A DNA stretch of 64,000 bases from a virus. This document shows, in pieces, positions 18,503 through 31,434 of this stretch. The DNA is taken from positions 1 through 64,000 of the IMG/VR virus record IMGVR_UViG_3300017650_000001; one strand, 5' to 3'. Under the pieces are notes generated by a model. The model was not told the origin of the DNA. It was given only the letters and a program-made list of their open reading frames with translations, and searched no databases. Position 1 is the first letter of the stretch, and the number at the start of each line of letters is the position of its first letter. Both the position numbers and the translations under genes were made by a program.

Positions 18503-19438
18503 CTAAGCTGCTCGAATCAAACAGATGCCACTCATAACAGCAGGAGGCATATTCTGAGAGTTACCAGCACCCGTACTTCCCGTTGTAATATTGAAGGTGT
18601 GTGTATGCGTTCTCGACTCTGAATTTGTATCACCCGTGATCAAGGAACCAACAACAGTGAAGGCACCGCCTCCAGTAGTACTTGGAGTTCCACCAACGAC
18701 AACACCGCTGTGACTATGTGTTTGGCTTTCAGTTCCGGTTGTTCCAGATGCGTTGTGCGTGTGACCTTGTATCAGCTCGTTACCTCCCGATGATAGCAAA
18801 GTGTTACCGTCAATACCCGAGTTAGCTGAGGTAATTCGGTTTGTTGTTTGATTCATATAGAAACGCCCACGACCTCTCAGATCAGGTAGGGTTGTTCCTC
18901 CCAAAAAATTTGCCAAAACAGGATAGGTCGCTGAACTAAAAGTTGCTCCTGTACAATTGAGGTAAGGAGGGACTGAACATGATGTAATCCATGAGGGTAC
19001 TGTTGTCGTACACAAGTCCAAATAAGAACCGATTCGGCCTCCCAAACTCATGTATTGAGGGTTGCTAGAATCTCCAATACAAATCTGTGTAAACTCACCC
19101 GGAGGCATAAATATGGCGCTGTTTCCGGTAGCGGACGTGATACCAAAAGTTGCAACTCCTGTTGTAAAGTTGCCAATGGTCCACCAGCCTGTCACGTTAG
19201 CTGGGAAAACAATATAGATTGGATCTACTGTAACATTCCCAGTACACTGAATTGTGCCATATTGGGCTTGCGTTGGAGACAACGAGATCGTTGTATTTGA
19301 CAGCGTCAAAATCAACAACCCGCCAAGATTGTTATCAATCTTGCTGAAATTTTCATTAAGGCTAACGCCCCAAGTCCCTACGTCTGAACCTGTGACTGGA
19401 ACGTTATAAGATCTATTGGTAGTCTGTGGATCGGCCAT
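18503..19438 (-). CDS. Short tail fibre with tail-collar domain
   Basis: YL.C.G..FS...YPVLA..LPDLRGR collar; HTH/HSH metal-binding tip motifs; NMPP. Confidence 0.8.
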   Translation of the reverse strand: MADPQTTNRSYNVPVTGSDVGTWGVSLNENFSKIDNNLGGLLILTLSNTTISLSPTQAQYGTIQCTGNVTVDPIYIVFPANVTGWWTIGNFTTGVATFGITSATGNSAIFMPPGEFTQICIGDSSNPQYMSLGGRIGSYLDLCTTTVPSWITSCSVPPYLNCTGATFSSATYPVLANFLGGTTLPDLRGRGRFYMNQTTNRITSANSGIDGNTLLSSGGNELIQGHTHNASGTTGTESQTHSHSGVVVGGTPSTTGGGAFTVVGSLITGDTNSESRTHTHTFNITTGSTGAGNSQNMPPAVMSGICLIRAA

Positions 19439-19455
19439 ACCTAACCATCCTACGC

Positions 19456-22038
19456 TTAGTTACACGTAGTTACTGACAAGCAATTGTTGAGACCTGTGAA
19501 TTTCACAGTTGTCGAAGCACCAGCATTGTTGACATTGATGCCCATAGAATAAAACTGATTTCCAGATATCATTCCAGAACTTCCAACGTCAACAATGTTC
19601 ACACCATTAGATTGTCCTCCTCCGGCTAAAACCGTATCAATTGAGTTCCCGGATATCATAAAGCTGCGCTCAACACGGTTTGCAGAAATCCCATTTGATC
19701 CACATGCTTGAAGTGAATTCCCTGTGATTGTTACAGCAATAGAGCTGTCAATTGTAATACATCCAGAATTAGTCGGAGAACCTGTTGAGTTTCGATTAAA
19801 CGAAGAAAGCGCGTTTCCTGTCACAGAAACAGCGATAGGAGAAGGAATACCGGGGCCCCCATGTACAGTGATGCCATTGTTGCTGACAGTAGGCAATGTG
19901 TACCCAACACTCGCTTCACATGCATTCCCTGTTATTGAAACATTCGTAATAACATCATTATTGTTGAATGTATTCACACTAACGCACATGCTGACATTTT
20001 GGCCTACATTGTTAGCAATAGTCCCGAACTGACCTGAGTGCACAAGGTAAGCTTGTGAATATGGGAAGTTGATAACAGCATTGTTAGCTATTCGGAAATA
20101 CTTATTGACGCCACAAGGATCACTATCAAGACCGGGGCCAATAGCGAACTGACCTGCAACAGGAGATAACCCTGATGGCGATAGCGATGTCGTTTGGTAC
20201 GTGTTGCCTGTTACATCAATGTAATTTGTGCACAAGAAACGTGGTCCAAAAGCAACCCCATAAGAATAGTTATTGTTTACATGTACTTCCGTTGATCCTT
20301 GAGCATACAGATCATAAAGTCCGAATAGTGTGAAGTAGTTACCCTGACTCCACACCCCAGTCGAATTCACAACCCATAGAGGAACGTCTCCCGAAATGGG
20401 GGCAAGGACTCCTGTCGATGTTGTGTTTCCAATGAATGTGCTAAACAAAAAGCGCACATTAGAAACACCGATAATGTTAAACATATGGCTTCCCTGAGTG
20501 CGTTGTTTGAAACGACACCCAGTGGTAGTTGTATTGGAGCTAACTGTGATTGTGTCTATTGTGTAAAGAACATTTGTAGCACAAGACAGCGTACATCCGC
20601 CAGCAGCGTTACATGCTGTATAAGCTGCTTGAACTCCTGCTGTATCGTTGCTTGTACCTCCAGCACTGTACTGGGCCATCGTGTAGCCAATACAATTTGC
20701 GTTCAGTCCCACGGTTCCTGTAGTCGTAATAGGACCGCCCGTGACACATCCGGATGTCGCTATATTTGTAACAGTACCATTGTTGCCCGCAGCCCAAGTA
20801 CCATCACCACGCCAATATGTAGAAGCAGAAGCTCCTGTCCCTCCATTCAAATTAGCAACAGGAAGGTTGCCTGTTACACCATTTGCGAGATTGACTTGCG
20901 ACCACGACGGACCATTAGAAGTCCCTTGGTTAGACAGGTATCGAGTCGCTGTTGTATTCTTGGGAAGTCCTGCAACCGTATTGGCAGCAGAACCATACAA
21001 TAAGTCTCCTTGTGCAACAGTTGTGGGAGCAGTCCAAGATGCCCAAGAAGGCGCACCACTAGCACCTGATAGAAGTGGCTGATTTGCAGTCGCTGTTCCG
21101 GCTAAGATTGCGCCAGCAGTTGCTGTCGAATAGAAGATACCGCCGTTATTTGCTGTAAGACTCGCGCTAGTCCCACCATGACTTAAAGGGATATTTCCCA
21201 ACAGAGTTGATGTCCCGAAGTCAAGAGAGAATCCCGCTCCTGTTGCTCCTCCAGTCAACGTTCCTGTTTGTGTAATGTTCGACTGTACCGCGCTAGGAAG
21301 CGTCACAGCTACGACAGGACCAGATACAGTAGTAGTAACAACACCGTTGGCTAGGTTATTTGAGCTGCCGAGAACTCCAGCGTTATCATAAAGAACTCCA
21401 CCAGTTGTCCCACCGACAATACCAGTTGTACCTACTGTGATCGAAGAAGCTGCGGAGGTTGGTGTACAAGAACTGCCTACAACACAAATAGTACCATTTA
21501 TCGTTGTAGACATTGTCCCTACAGAGAAAGGACCCCCAGCTGTAGCTTGCTGAACAATCTGATTAGCTCCACCGGTTGCAGATAAATCAGATCCAGTTCC
21601 TCCGAACTCTAAAGGCAATGGAGTCAACAAAGAAAGAGCGCCCGTTGCTGAATTAATAGACAACGGAGACGCTGTATTAGAGACAAGCGTGCCCGATTGT
21701 GTGGGCAACAGCAATACCGAAGCACTACCATCTTGAGGCGATAGCTTTGCACTGCCTGATGTTGCACTTTGGAAAGTCAGCGATCCCGCAGCAGTGCCGT
21801 TCTTGCCTAAGACAGGATCATAAGTTGAAATCCAATCCGCTGCACTTCTATTTAGGATCTGCCCTTGCGATGCGGCAAAAGCTCGATCAATTAGAGCGGA
21901 TTGGGATGCCCATGTGGGCAAGCCTTTTGCGGCGGCTGGATTGCCACAAATGTATCCCGACGCTGGTTGCCCCGAACACTGAGCATTCGCGATCGTTGGA
22001 AAAAGAACTAATGCTGCAAGAAGAAGTAGACGCTTCAT
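19456..22038 (-). CDS. Fibre/spike protein with C-terminal right-handed beta-helix and N-terminal signal peptide
   Basis: LP...GGT repeats; [16 protein letters not shown] beta-helix cap; many V/I-T/S-GN repeats; N-terminus [21 protein letters not shown]. Confidence 0.75.
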   Translation of the reverse strand: MKRLLLLAALVLFPTIANAQCSGQPASGYICGNPAAAKGLPTWASQSALIDRAFAASQGQILNRSAADWISTYDPVLGKNGTAAGSLTFQSATSGSAKLSPQDGSASVLLLPTQSGTLVSNTASPLSINSATGALSLLTPLPLEFGGTGSDLSATGGANQIVQQATAGGPFSVGTMSTTINGTICVVGSSCTPTSAASSITVGTTGIVGGTTGGVLYDNAGVLGSSNNLANGVVTTTVSGPVVAVTLPSAVQSNITQTGTLTGGATGAGFSLDFGTSTLLGNIPLSHGGTSASLTANNGGIFYSTATAGAILAGTATANQPLLSGASGAPSWASWTAPTTVAQGDLLYGSAANTVAGLPKNTTATRYLSNQGTSNGPSWSQVNLANGVTGNLPVANLNGGTGASASTYWRGDGTWAAGNNGTVTNIATSGCVTGGPITTTGTVGLNANCIGYTMAQYSAGGTSNDTAGVQAAYTACNAAGGCTLSCATNVLYTIDTITVSSNTTTTGCRFKQRTQGSHMFNIIGVSNVRFLFSTFIGNTTSTGVLAPISGDVPLWVVNSTGVWSQGNYFTLFGLYDLYAQGSTEVHVNNNYSYGVAFGPRFLCTNYIDVTGNTYQTTSLSPSGLSPVAGQFAIGPGLDSDPCGVNKYFRIANNAVINFPYSQAYLVHSGQFGTIANNVGQNVSMCVSVNTFNNNDVITNVSITGNACEASVGYTLPTVSNNGITVHGGPGIPSPIAVSVTGNALSSFNRNSTGSPTNSGCITIDSSIAVTITGNSLQACGSNGISANRVERSFMISGNSIDTVLAGGGQSNGVNIVDVGSSGMISGNQFYSMGINVNNAGASTTVKFTGLNNCLSVTTCN

Positions 22039-22490
22039 GTATCTGACCTTTGAGATCAGATACTATAAATTCAACAAGGCATCAATGCGATTGGATGATG
22101 TCGATAGTTTAATCTATGTCAGTTACCAAAGTAGTAGACGCGTCCGTCTTTGTCGTAACAAAACCAATTCTTGGTTGTTATCTTTCCTTGCGTGATAGAT
22201 ACAAATGATGATGACATCTTATGCTCTTCACATAAAGCTCTGTGCTGGGATTCAACACGAGGGGCTTGGATAAAAATTGCCCAAATCAAGAATGCTGCGG
22301 TTCCAACGACAATGGAAGGGAGGAATGCCCAGAATAACAATCGATCAAAAGTCATGGCATGTACCAGATAACGAATGCCAGAAGGGTCACAGCAAGCGTG
22401 AAGGGATTAATAATCCAAACCCACCAAGGGGGACCGTCATCAGGTTCGACTGGTATTATAATCCACCGATGTAATCGATGATTAACATCG

Positions 22491-22835
22491 TCACCATCTA
22501 TCTTCGGATGATTGTTTTCTTGTTGACACATGGCCTAACTGAAGAGGTTGTAGAATCTTCTTGACCTCTTGCTGTCCCTTCTCTGTCAAATAGAAACATT
22601 GACGTCCATAGCTGTTAGTATCGAACATCTTTGTTTCTATCCAGCCATTCCTCTGGAACCTGTACAAGAATTGATAGAGTGCCGCTTTCGACATCGGAAC
22701 TTCCGTAATCAGTTCCGTAACAAAGCATCCACCGTCCTCTAACAGCTTCCGAAGCGTATAGAGGCCGTAAAGCGATGTCATGCCTATCTTAAGCTTCCTG
22801 TTTATCACGCCATTGCTCACAAGCGATAACCGCAT
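22491..22835 (-). CDS. PadR/MarR-like winged-helix protein
   Basis: ELITEVPMSKAALYQFLYRFQRNGWIE...FYLTEKGQ. Confidence 0.6.
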   Translation of the reverse strand: MRLSLVSNGVINRKLKIGMTSLYGLYTLRKLLEDGGCFVTELITEVPMSKAALYQFLYRFQRNGWIETKMFDTNSYGRQCFYLTEKGQQEVKKILQPLQLGHVSTRKQSSEDRW

Positions 22836-23108
22836 CTTCTAAGGAAAGAAAGAGTGGCAGTCCGATTGTGCTGATTCTCTTCGAGTTAGCAAGTGCTTGC
22901 GGATGAACATCTTTCGCAGATGGAAGAACATACGCGGCATATTCATTGAACAGCTTCACAACCACATACTTAGCGACGCTGTCCTCTGCTCGCCAAATAC
23001 CAAGGCCATCGTCGACAACAGGTGATTGTTGAAAGCGCAACGGATTGGGTTGCCACTCATACAATTTGGCATGGAAGATAACAGGATCGGTCACCATTGT
23101 GTTCCCCT

Positions 23109-23624
23109 TTACAAGATGATGAATTGAGTACAGTTCCAACGATCCAAAGCTAGATTTAGATGTCCGAGATGCAAGCCAGCATCAGGGTCGATCCAAATCA
23201 AGTTATCCGCATCTGTGAACCGTGCATCGTCAAAGGCGATCCAGTCCGTTGTTTCTGGATGACGACGCAACCACTCAACAACAGAGTCCCCACGTTCCAA
23301 AGATGGATATAGCGTGACCTTGTCAGGATGAATGTACTCAGGATTCAATCCCGCGTTCACACAAGCGACATCAATATCTGGAGCATCACTCAACGAGATG
23401 TTGTGTGTTGTATTGAATACAATTTTAGCACCAGATCGCTCACACAATCGGTTTAGGACTGCGACTGGGATAGGAGCGATAGTCCTCTTCAAGGAAGCCA
23501 TACGGTCAATCAGGAACAGGCTGAATGGAATCATTGGACCATCGATGTCCACAAATACAACTCGAGATGGCTTTGTCTTGAGTGTGTCAATAACAATTGT
23601 TTTTACTGATTCTATCTGCGTCAT
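23109..23624 (-). CDS. HAD-family phosphatase
   Basis: FVDIDGPM motif I; IAFDD motif IV. Confidence 0.75.
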   Translation of the reverse strand: MTQIESVKTIVIDTLKTKPSRVVFVDIDGPMIPFSLFLIDRMASLKRTIAPIPVAVLNRLCERSGAKIVFNTTHNISLSDAPDIDVACVNAGLNPEYIHPDKVTLYPSLERGDSVVEWLRRHPETTDWIAFDDARFTDADNLIWIDPDAGLHLGHLNLALDRWNCTQFIIL

Positions 23625-25621
23625 AGTGCAATCACCTAAAGTCTTCCGATACTGCTGAAACCGCAGTCACCTTTGTATTCAATATGCGGATAGACTGTCC
23701 AAACCTATCATGTAAAGCGTTCTCAACTGCATTTGCAGCCTCGCGTCCTGCTTGGCGATAGATCTGGTCTAAACTACAAGTTCCTTCCCAGCTACCACCT
23801 ACAGGAATTTCAAGAAGGATCTGAACACGTGCTGTCGCAGATGATGCTTTGAAATGGTCTGTCATTTGCTGCAACTCTTATACATGAATTCAAACTCGCG
23901 TAAGCGTTCAATCTCTTTCATGGCTTCATGAACAACCGACGCTACATAGAAATGACTGTGCTCTGTGATCGCTTGCTTGTGCAAGTCTTCAAGCTTCTCG
24001 AGAATGTCTTTTTTCATTAGAAAAGTATCCCACCAACAATCATGCCAGTGAAAAAAGAAACAAGCAACAACCCAAGTAGAGCTAGGTAACCTTTCATGAT
24101 CCCAATGACATTACCAGCTGACATCAAACCTCCTGTAAGATACATGCCTTGAGAGCAACAATCAGTAGAGCTTTAGTCAAGGTGTCCTGACTTGTGGAAC
24201 GACATCCATGCTTGGTCCATACGCAAGCATATCCCGTCCCGTCTGCGCGCAAGACCATGTCTAGCTTTGTACCATTTGGCAGCACAGACATTGCGTCAAT
24301 TAAAGAGGTCGTGAACTCAGGCAGGTCTGTAACCAATCCGCCCGGATCCAACCAGAGGTTTTCTGCGGGTCGGTCCGGATGCTCATAGGAAGTCCAGCCC
24401 AGCGAATAAGCGATCTGCTCATTAGTTTGAGGCTGGGAAAAGCCCCCAGCCTCAAGAAGCTTGATGCATTGCTCGACTGCGTTGATATTCATCACGCCAG
24501 CTCATTGTGGTTGTTGGGGTTCAGCAGAGCTTGAAGATCTGAAATGTCTGTCTCGCGAGATACAACCGGACGGAAGCGACCGGCGCGGTAGAACAATTCG
24601 CAATTGCGCTTGGGCGACCACAACTTGATCTCCATCAGCATGATACCCAGACCACCGTAAACGGTCGGACCGACCGCGCGAACTGTATAGACTGTGTCAA
24701 GCGATGGCTGCGATCCCGCTTCCCAGTCGAAGCCGATCGTCGGATGATTATCAATGCAGACGACCTTACGACCCGGACTTACCCAATCCAAAGAACCCAG
24801 CATAGCTACACCTCTAATGGTTGAATTAACAATTCATACGTCATCTTTTGACGGATACACAAATCCTATTGGCTCGGATCGAACAGATACCATCAACTTA
24901 TTGCCGTTTGCATCATACAACCCTGAGAATTGTTGAGAATCTTCTGCTTCGTAGACAGTGCAAGAGGGTACATGGACCCTAATATCATCATGCCAGCTTG
25001 CTACAGGAGTATACACGCGACGCTTAGACATTGTCTTGTTTAACATCCATATGCGGTTTGGAGTAGTACCAAGCATTAGAGATATGGTAACCTGCCCAAG
25101 CTACCTTTGCTCCTGCCTTATACAATTGGTAACATAGCTTGGGACGGTCTCGCTCAGCATCTGCAGCCGCATCATCTAGTAGCTTATCAGACAACAATTG
25201 TAGAAACATATCTAAATGATCATAACGAAGATCACCTAGCTTGATCGCAAGTTCCTCCAAACTGTATCCGGGAATACCCAGCGCGTGCTTCTCACAGCTC
25301 ATTCTACAATTCCTTATGGGACGATACCAACATCCCAACTGTAGGTATCCGGACCGTCTTTGCCCATCTTGTAATCAGCAATCAATTTCTTGTAAGCTTC
25401 AGACTCTCCGAACGTCTCATACTCATACGGATTGCCTCTGCTATCTTCCGCCGTAGCTTTCACAATGGGACAGTCTGTCAACGCGCGTACCATCTGATCG
25501 ATAACCCACGCTTTGTGATGCGCGCCATCGATCTGTCCGAAGTAGGTTGCAACGTCAAGCGCGCGTTCAATAGGCGTCATGCTGAAGATAGAGTCCGACA
25601 TTCGTACATCCTTTTAGTTAA

Positions 25622-25978
25622 CTAAGATACCAATGCAGACAAACAAGAACGGTTGTCACCATCTACTATAACACTCCCCATAAAAGCCACATGATGCACA
25701 ATCATAGTTGTATTTGGAATAGTGAGGTCTATAGGAGAACCAACAAATAAACAATCATCAAATGCAAGGTAGCCTGCATTGTCCCATTGAAACGTACAAC
25801 ACTTAAAAGTACAACACAGGTACAGAGTGTAGTGGTCTTTATCTCTGAAATCAAACGTTTGATTTGCGTACTCTTTACGTTCAATGATCTGTTTTGGTGT
25901 AAATCCGTAACTCCAAGACAATGCAGGTGTTGCAAATAAACACCCAATACCACACAGAAAAGAACGTCGTGTTAGCAT
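25622..25978 (-). CDS. Hypothetical protein with Tat-like signal
   Basis: MLTRRSFLCGIGCLFATPALS. Confidence 0.5.
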   Translation of the reverse strand: MLTRRSFLCGIGCLFATPALSWSYGFTPKQIIERKEYANQTFDFRDKDHYTLYLCCTFKCCTFQWDNAGYLAFDDCLFVGSPIDLTIPNTTMIVHHVAFMGSVIVDGDNRSCLSALVS

Positions 25979-27983
25979 CTACTCTTTGCTGCACTTTACA
26001 ACGAATTGTTTCCGTTTGAGATGTAGCGCTGCAATCCTATCCCATACCATCTGGTGACACGCCCTGTCGTCCATTGCGCTGACCTTTATCTTAAAAGGAG
26101 ATGTCAATGGACAGGACGAGACATACGCGCAGGTCACCATTACCAAGAACGTGCTCACTTGCTTTCCTTCTTTGGTTCTTTTGGACAGGGATCAGCAAGC
26201 TTGCCCCAGCCACCAGGAACGATATCTGTTGCTCCACAATGAATACAAATCTCGTCATAGTAGGACGAGTCTGAATACCGCGTCTTATGCGATGGATGCT
26301 TTTGTGTCACAGACTGCTTCCTGTCGTCAAGAACTGACGTAGACGCTTTGTGATCATTTCATGACTGTCTCGATGTGACATAAACAAATGCCAAAGCGTG
26401 TAAGGAATACGCTTTTGCATATCCTTTGCAACAGAAATGTAAGCCCGTGCCCAATCGTCAACATCACGAGAGCCACGACGGGAAAACAATCCCAATTCTG
26501 GGAAAGCTTCACCATTCGTCTGGATATGAGCAGTCCCAGCAAGACATCCGACTGTTCCACATTCATGACGCGTAAACCATTTATCCATTCGAATTGAGTT
26601 GTTGTTCAGCGGAATGTCAACAAACTCACCTTGGATAAGCTCTACCTGAGGTCCATTCTCGATCTTTAGTTCTCCGCACTCGAGACGGTGCAAAATGTCG
26701 ATAAGGGCATTCCGCTCGACTTCCTTGATGCCCAAGTCATCAGCTGTCTTATAGCTATTTGCCAGCATTGTAGTCTCCTTTGAATGAAAACTCTCTAATC
26801 TTGCCTGTCCAGAAGTCTTGTGCGCGTGCTGCCGCTGCACAATCTTCCTTTGTCTTGCCATACGTCACAATATGGACGCGATCGCCATCGTAGCCAATAA
26901 GCAATACCTGCGTTAGGTCATGCTTCTCTGCGACTTCTTTTGCAGTCTTGATTGGAATACGCTTTGGCATATCAATCTTTTGTCCCTGTCTGCTTATTGA
27001 GGCAAACGCTCTTGATGCGCGAATCTACTTCAGACGCAATGCTCAGTTGAGCTTGCTGACAAGCTTCACGACTTTCAAATTCTGCTGTTGCAGGACCGCC
27101 GTAACCGACCATCCCTCTTGTAGAGAACATCAGGAATACAAGAACATACTTCATAGCTTCACTTGACTCATAACAGACAACAATATCTCAGATGCAATCT
27201 TTGTAGCTATTGCATCACGCAACTTGCATACAAATGCTTCTCGAGCTTCTTTGGTATCTCGTAGAATGAAAGAGCTCTCAGTCACGTCTACAATTAGACG
27301 CTTGCCATTCAACGAAAAGATTGCCTTAAGATACAATTCTCCAGACAGCGCATCAGTCCCTTGATGGATGACTGCTTCAAAAGTTGTATCTTTGACCTTT
27401 ATAGAATTGTGGATTTCTTTGATTGCTGCTTCTTGTAATTCACGCAAAAGCTGAACAGATGCATCTGTCGGAGCTCTTATCTCTGTCATTGTTGAATTGT
27501 TAACAGATGACTGATTGACAGTCATCGTTCCATAATACTGATGACTTGTAAAACGCTTTCCAAACATGCTCATTGTTGAACTCTATTATTGACTTGTTTC
27601 TTCAGTTTTCTGTTCCAATGTCTTCTTTAGTTCGGCAATTCCAATGTACAGTCCTCTTGGTTGTATCATAACTATAATACAATTGCTGACTGTTTCCCAA
27701 AGGCAACTTACATTCGCAACATAGCGCTCCTCTAACAGCATCTTGTAACGCATCAACCAATTTAAATCTTGTCATTCTATCACCTACTAAACAGCTAAGT
27801 AATAGCCATCAATGCTGCTTTCGCATCTATTCCACTCTATACGTATTTCGCACATAGCAAAACAACATACAATTATTCACATATTACATACGCTATCGTT
27901 GCATTGTTCTTCTAGGATTTCCTCTGCTTTCCTCATTCCTCAATTCATATTGCAGTTTGCTACGTCAAATCTTTTTGTCTTTA

Positions 27984-28015
27984 TGCTTGCAATTGTAGTA
28001 ATATCCGTCTATACA
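27984..28015 (+). promoter_or_regulatory. Early promoter copy 1 (TTGCAA-N17-TATACA)
   Basis: TGCTTGCAATTGTA...CCGTCTATAC; motif present 8 times in intergenic gaps. Confidence 0.8.
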
Positions 28016-28049
28016 ATTCAGTGTCAGTTTTTGCAAAGGAGTTTAGCAG

Positions 28050-31000
28050 ATGAGCAATCCGGAAATCATTGAAATCGGAAAAGACCTCGTCCTGCTCAAA
28101 AAAGACAACAAATTTACTCCTTACAGGAAATCTCAAACGGGTCTGCATCCTACTCGCGGCAAAAACAAAAATGGCCATCTTGTTTGGCGCACCTACAAAT
28201 CAGTCGCAGAAGCTAAGGAAAATCTTGGACTCTTGGAGGACTAATCATGTTCACAGAGAAGCAGATCTATCAGCGTCAGCGTGCTTTCATCAAAAAGACC
28301 TTTGGTGAGAAAGCTGTCGAGTCCGCCAACTATGGTTGGTATGTAGATGACGTTGCTGTCACAACCAAAGTCTATGGATATGGCGTCATCGAGACTGCTT
28401 TCGAGGATGGTCGCACACTCGTCATTTCGTGAGGATTAGTCATGAAAAGCTTCGTCGTCATTTATGCCTATGCAGCCGCTGACAACAATTGTCACATCTT
28501 TCGAATGGATGATCGTATTGGTCAGCATCTCGATGTTCGCCCTCTTGCTGAATGCATAGCGCCGCTCGCGAACACATTTAAGTCTCCTAGTGACTGCATT
28601 CGCATCTTCCCAATCGCTGAGGACTGATCATGTTCTTTGTATACTTCACCAATTTCGGCTACGGTGCAGATCAAGCTTTCCTGACCGCTGAAGCTGCTTT
28701 GGAATTCGCCAAAAACAAGGGATTCGCAGCTGTTATTACGGACGGTCCGCCCGCAGCTATGTCTAAAGAAGATTCAATCATCAGCAAATGCAAGATCATG
28801 GGGTACTGGTCACCTATCGGTGGTTGGCGGCCGACCCGCTTCTGAAAGGTTGTGCTATGTTCACCCATAGAGAAATCTTTGATGCTCAGCATCAATTCAT
28901 CGAGCACCAATGCGGCAAAAAAGCCGCTCAAAAAGCCAATTATGGCTGGTTTATGGATGCAGATACAGTTTATACCAAGGTCTATGGGTTTGGAATCATC
29001 GCTACAGACTATGACGACAATTTAACAATTTGGATAGCTGGAGCAGCTCATGTTTAATGCCACAATCCAATTGTTGGTAACTCTTGAAACCTTGTTTTGG
29101 CGAGTTATTATCGGCTACATTGTCATCAAAACAGCCTTGTTCTGTTATCTCTACCTTCCTGCAATACCGTATCTGGGATTTTAGCCATGAAGAATCTCAT
29201 TCCGGAACTTCCCTACCGAAAACAATTCGCCTACCTGGCGCAAGACAGTGTCTACAAAGGTCTGCGTATTGTTAAAATGGAATGGGTGCCTAGCAAACAA
29301 TGCTGGCGGTGGGACAGATATTTCTACAATCCTTCCCAACTGCAACTAAATCATTGGGAATTTGTTTCGGACGCCGACAAAAACGATCCAGATACAATTT
29401 AGAGGTTACCATGAAAAAAGAATATGCTGACTTGTGGGTTGCTGAACTCCGTTCTGGTCGCCATGAGCAGGGGAATTATCTTTTACACAGAAAGGACGGT
29501 CGCAAGTGTTGCTTAGGTGTTGCTTGTTACCTGGAGCGCGACAACCTTAAAATCACACGCATTCCCAACCACGGTGATATCGAATACAATGGATTTTCAA
29601 GTAAACTACCTCCGTTCATGCTGGATAAATGGGGAATCCAAAGCGGTAATGGAAAGCTTTTATTTGAACACAATGGAAAGGTATACAAATCACTTACTCA
29701 TGCTAACGATTTAGGTGTGACATTCGAGGAAATCGCAGACATTATCGAAAAGAATTACGAACAACTGTGAGTTAATGCTTGCAATTGTATTTCAACCCGT
29801 CTAATACAATTGTACCGTAAGCAGGAGATTTCACATGTTGACCATCGAACAAATCCGCTGGGCGTCGCGTCACGATTGGTTCTACTGCGATAAGGGCGAC
29901 GGCACAATTCTCGTCTTCGATCGCTATACCCAAAAGCATCCGGACGGAACTGTCTCATCGCATGAAGATACCGTCCATTGGACCCAAAGCTTCAAAGCGT
30001 TGCGCGACTGGGCAGGATATTGACATGACACGCTACCGCTGCATCAATCACGCTTTCTTCTGGTTGACAGTCTTCGGATTAGCCGCTGGCGTGTACCTCA
30101 ACGCAATCGGACATTGATCTATGGAAAAATTAGCCAAGGGTGCGGTTATCTGCGTATTGTTTCTATGTTCGGCTGGATGTGTCATCTACGGGCATAAAGA
30201 TGAAGCGGGATACTTCGCTATGGGTGCTGTTTTTCTCTTATTCTGGGACTGAATCATGGACGCAAATCTGAAGAAGGCTTGGGTCGAAGCTCTCCGCAGC
30301 GGCGAATACAAGCAAGGGAATGGCCAGCTCTTGGACAGACAGGGTCGTTACTGTTGTCTTGGTGTTTTAGCCAAAGTGGCTGGCTGGAAAATCGGCGCGG
30401 ATGGGATCAGTATTTATGGAGAAGGATCTCATGACGACGGCTACAACGTGTTCTACAGAACTGTTGGAGGCCCCTATGTTTCAACACTCTGGTGGTGGAA
30501 CGACTCTGGTACGAAATCGTTCAAAGAAATCGCTGACTACATCGAGGAAAACATCCATGCCGATACGTGAACTTGTTGAACGTTTCGAAGCTGCTTTCCT
30601 CCTTGCGGGGTTTGCTCTGCTTGGATATCTCATCTACTACGGAGCGTCACAGCTCTAAGGAGGGATCAATGTCTGTTGCTGACATGGTCGGGCTTGGGCC
30701 CGAACGAAAAGAAACTGTCAATGATGATGGTAGCGTGACTATCATTGTTACGCCTCCCCCAATATTCGGCATCAAACCTAGCCGCCCTGAAGGTTTGACG
30801 CTGACTGCAAATCAATACGCTTGGTACAAGGTATGGCTTGCAGGCCACGGACTGATTCAAGACGTGTTGACAACACTTTCTGCAGAAGATCGCGAATATC
30901 TGATGTCAGGAACCTCTTGGGTCGACGATGAATCAGACTACGGATGGAATGCTGAAGAATGGGACAACGAATGAAAAAAGTTTACTGCTACCGCCTGCAC

Positions 31001-31434
31001 GCTCGCGATGGATCGACCGGACCATGGTCTGTTGTCGATCCTGATTCCACGCTTGCTTATGAGGTGTCAATCAGCCTCAAAAACAAAGCTTCTTACACCT
31101 TCAACAGCATGGTTGACCCCAACTTGCTGCAATGGTGCAAAGTCCGAGAATTGAATGTTGAAACAACATCAATCCATCTTCATACACTTGAAGATTCTGC
31201 AAAGGAGAAGGACGGATGAAAACCATCAATATCTGCGGAATGCCTTACCGCGTACATTCTCCCAGCCTCTTTGAATCAACAGAAGAACCCATTGCGATCG
31301 GCTACAATGGATACGGATGGGTCATTGCAGTCCACAACAAGTGGGGCAAGCGTGAATTCACAACGCGCAATGACGCTGGGCAGTTCATCTTAGACAAATT
31401 CCTGAATAGCTGGAACGTTGTCAATCAGTGCTGA
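28050..31434 (+). other. Early/host-takeover cluster of small genes
   Basis: Plus-strand ORFs with good SD sites: 28050-28244, 28247-28432, 28442-28627, 28630-28845, 28857-29057, 29411-29770, 29835-30023, 30256-30570, 30669-30974, 31216-31434. Confidence 0.65.
29776..29814 (+). promoter_or_regulatory. Early promoter copy 2 (TTGCAA-N17-TAATAC) with a second CAATTG
   Basis: TGCTTGCAATTGTATTTCAACCCGTCTAATACAATTGTA. Confidence 0.75.

Larger units (their letters stand above)
22119..27573 (-). other. Cluster of about 15 small, tightly packed hypothetical genes
   Basis: Consecutive coupled minus-strand ORFs (e.g. 22119-22355, 22789-23139, 23632-23874, 24124-24495, 24492-24803, 25314-25601, 26307-26768, 26755-26970, 27151-27573). 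Confidence 0.6.

Noticed and set aside
27678-27686. Partial motif TACAATTGC as a ninth promoter
   Set aside because: Lacks the TTGCAA -35 and lies inside a probable short ORF of about 57 aa
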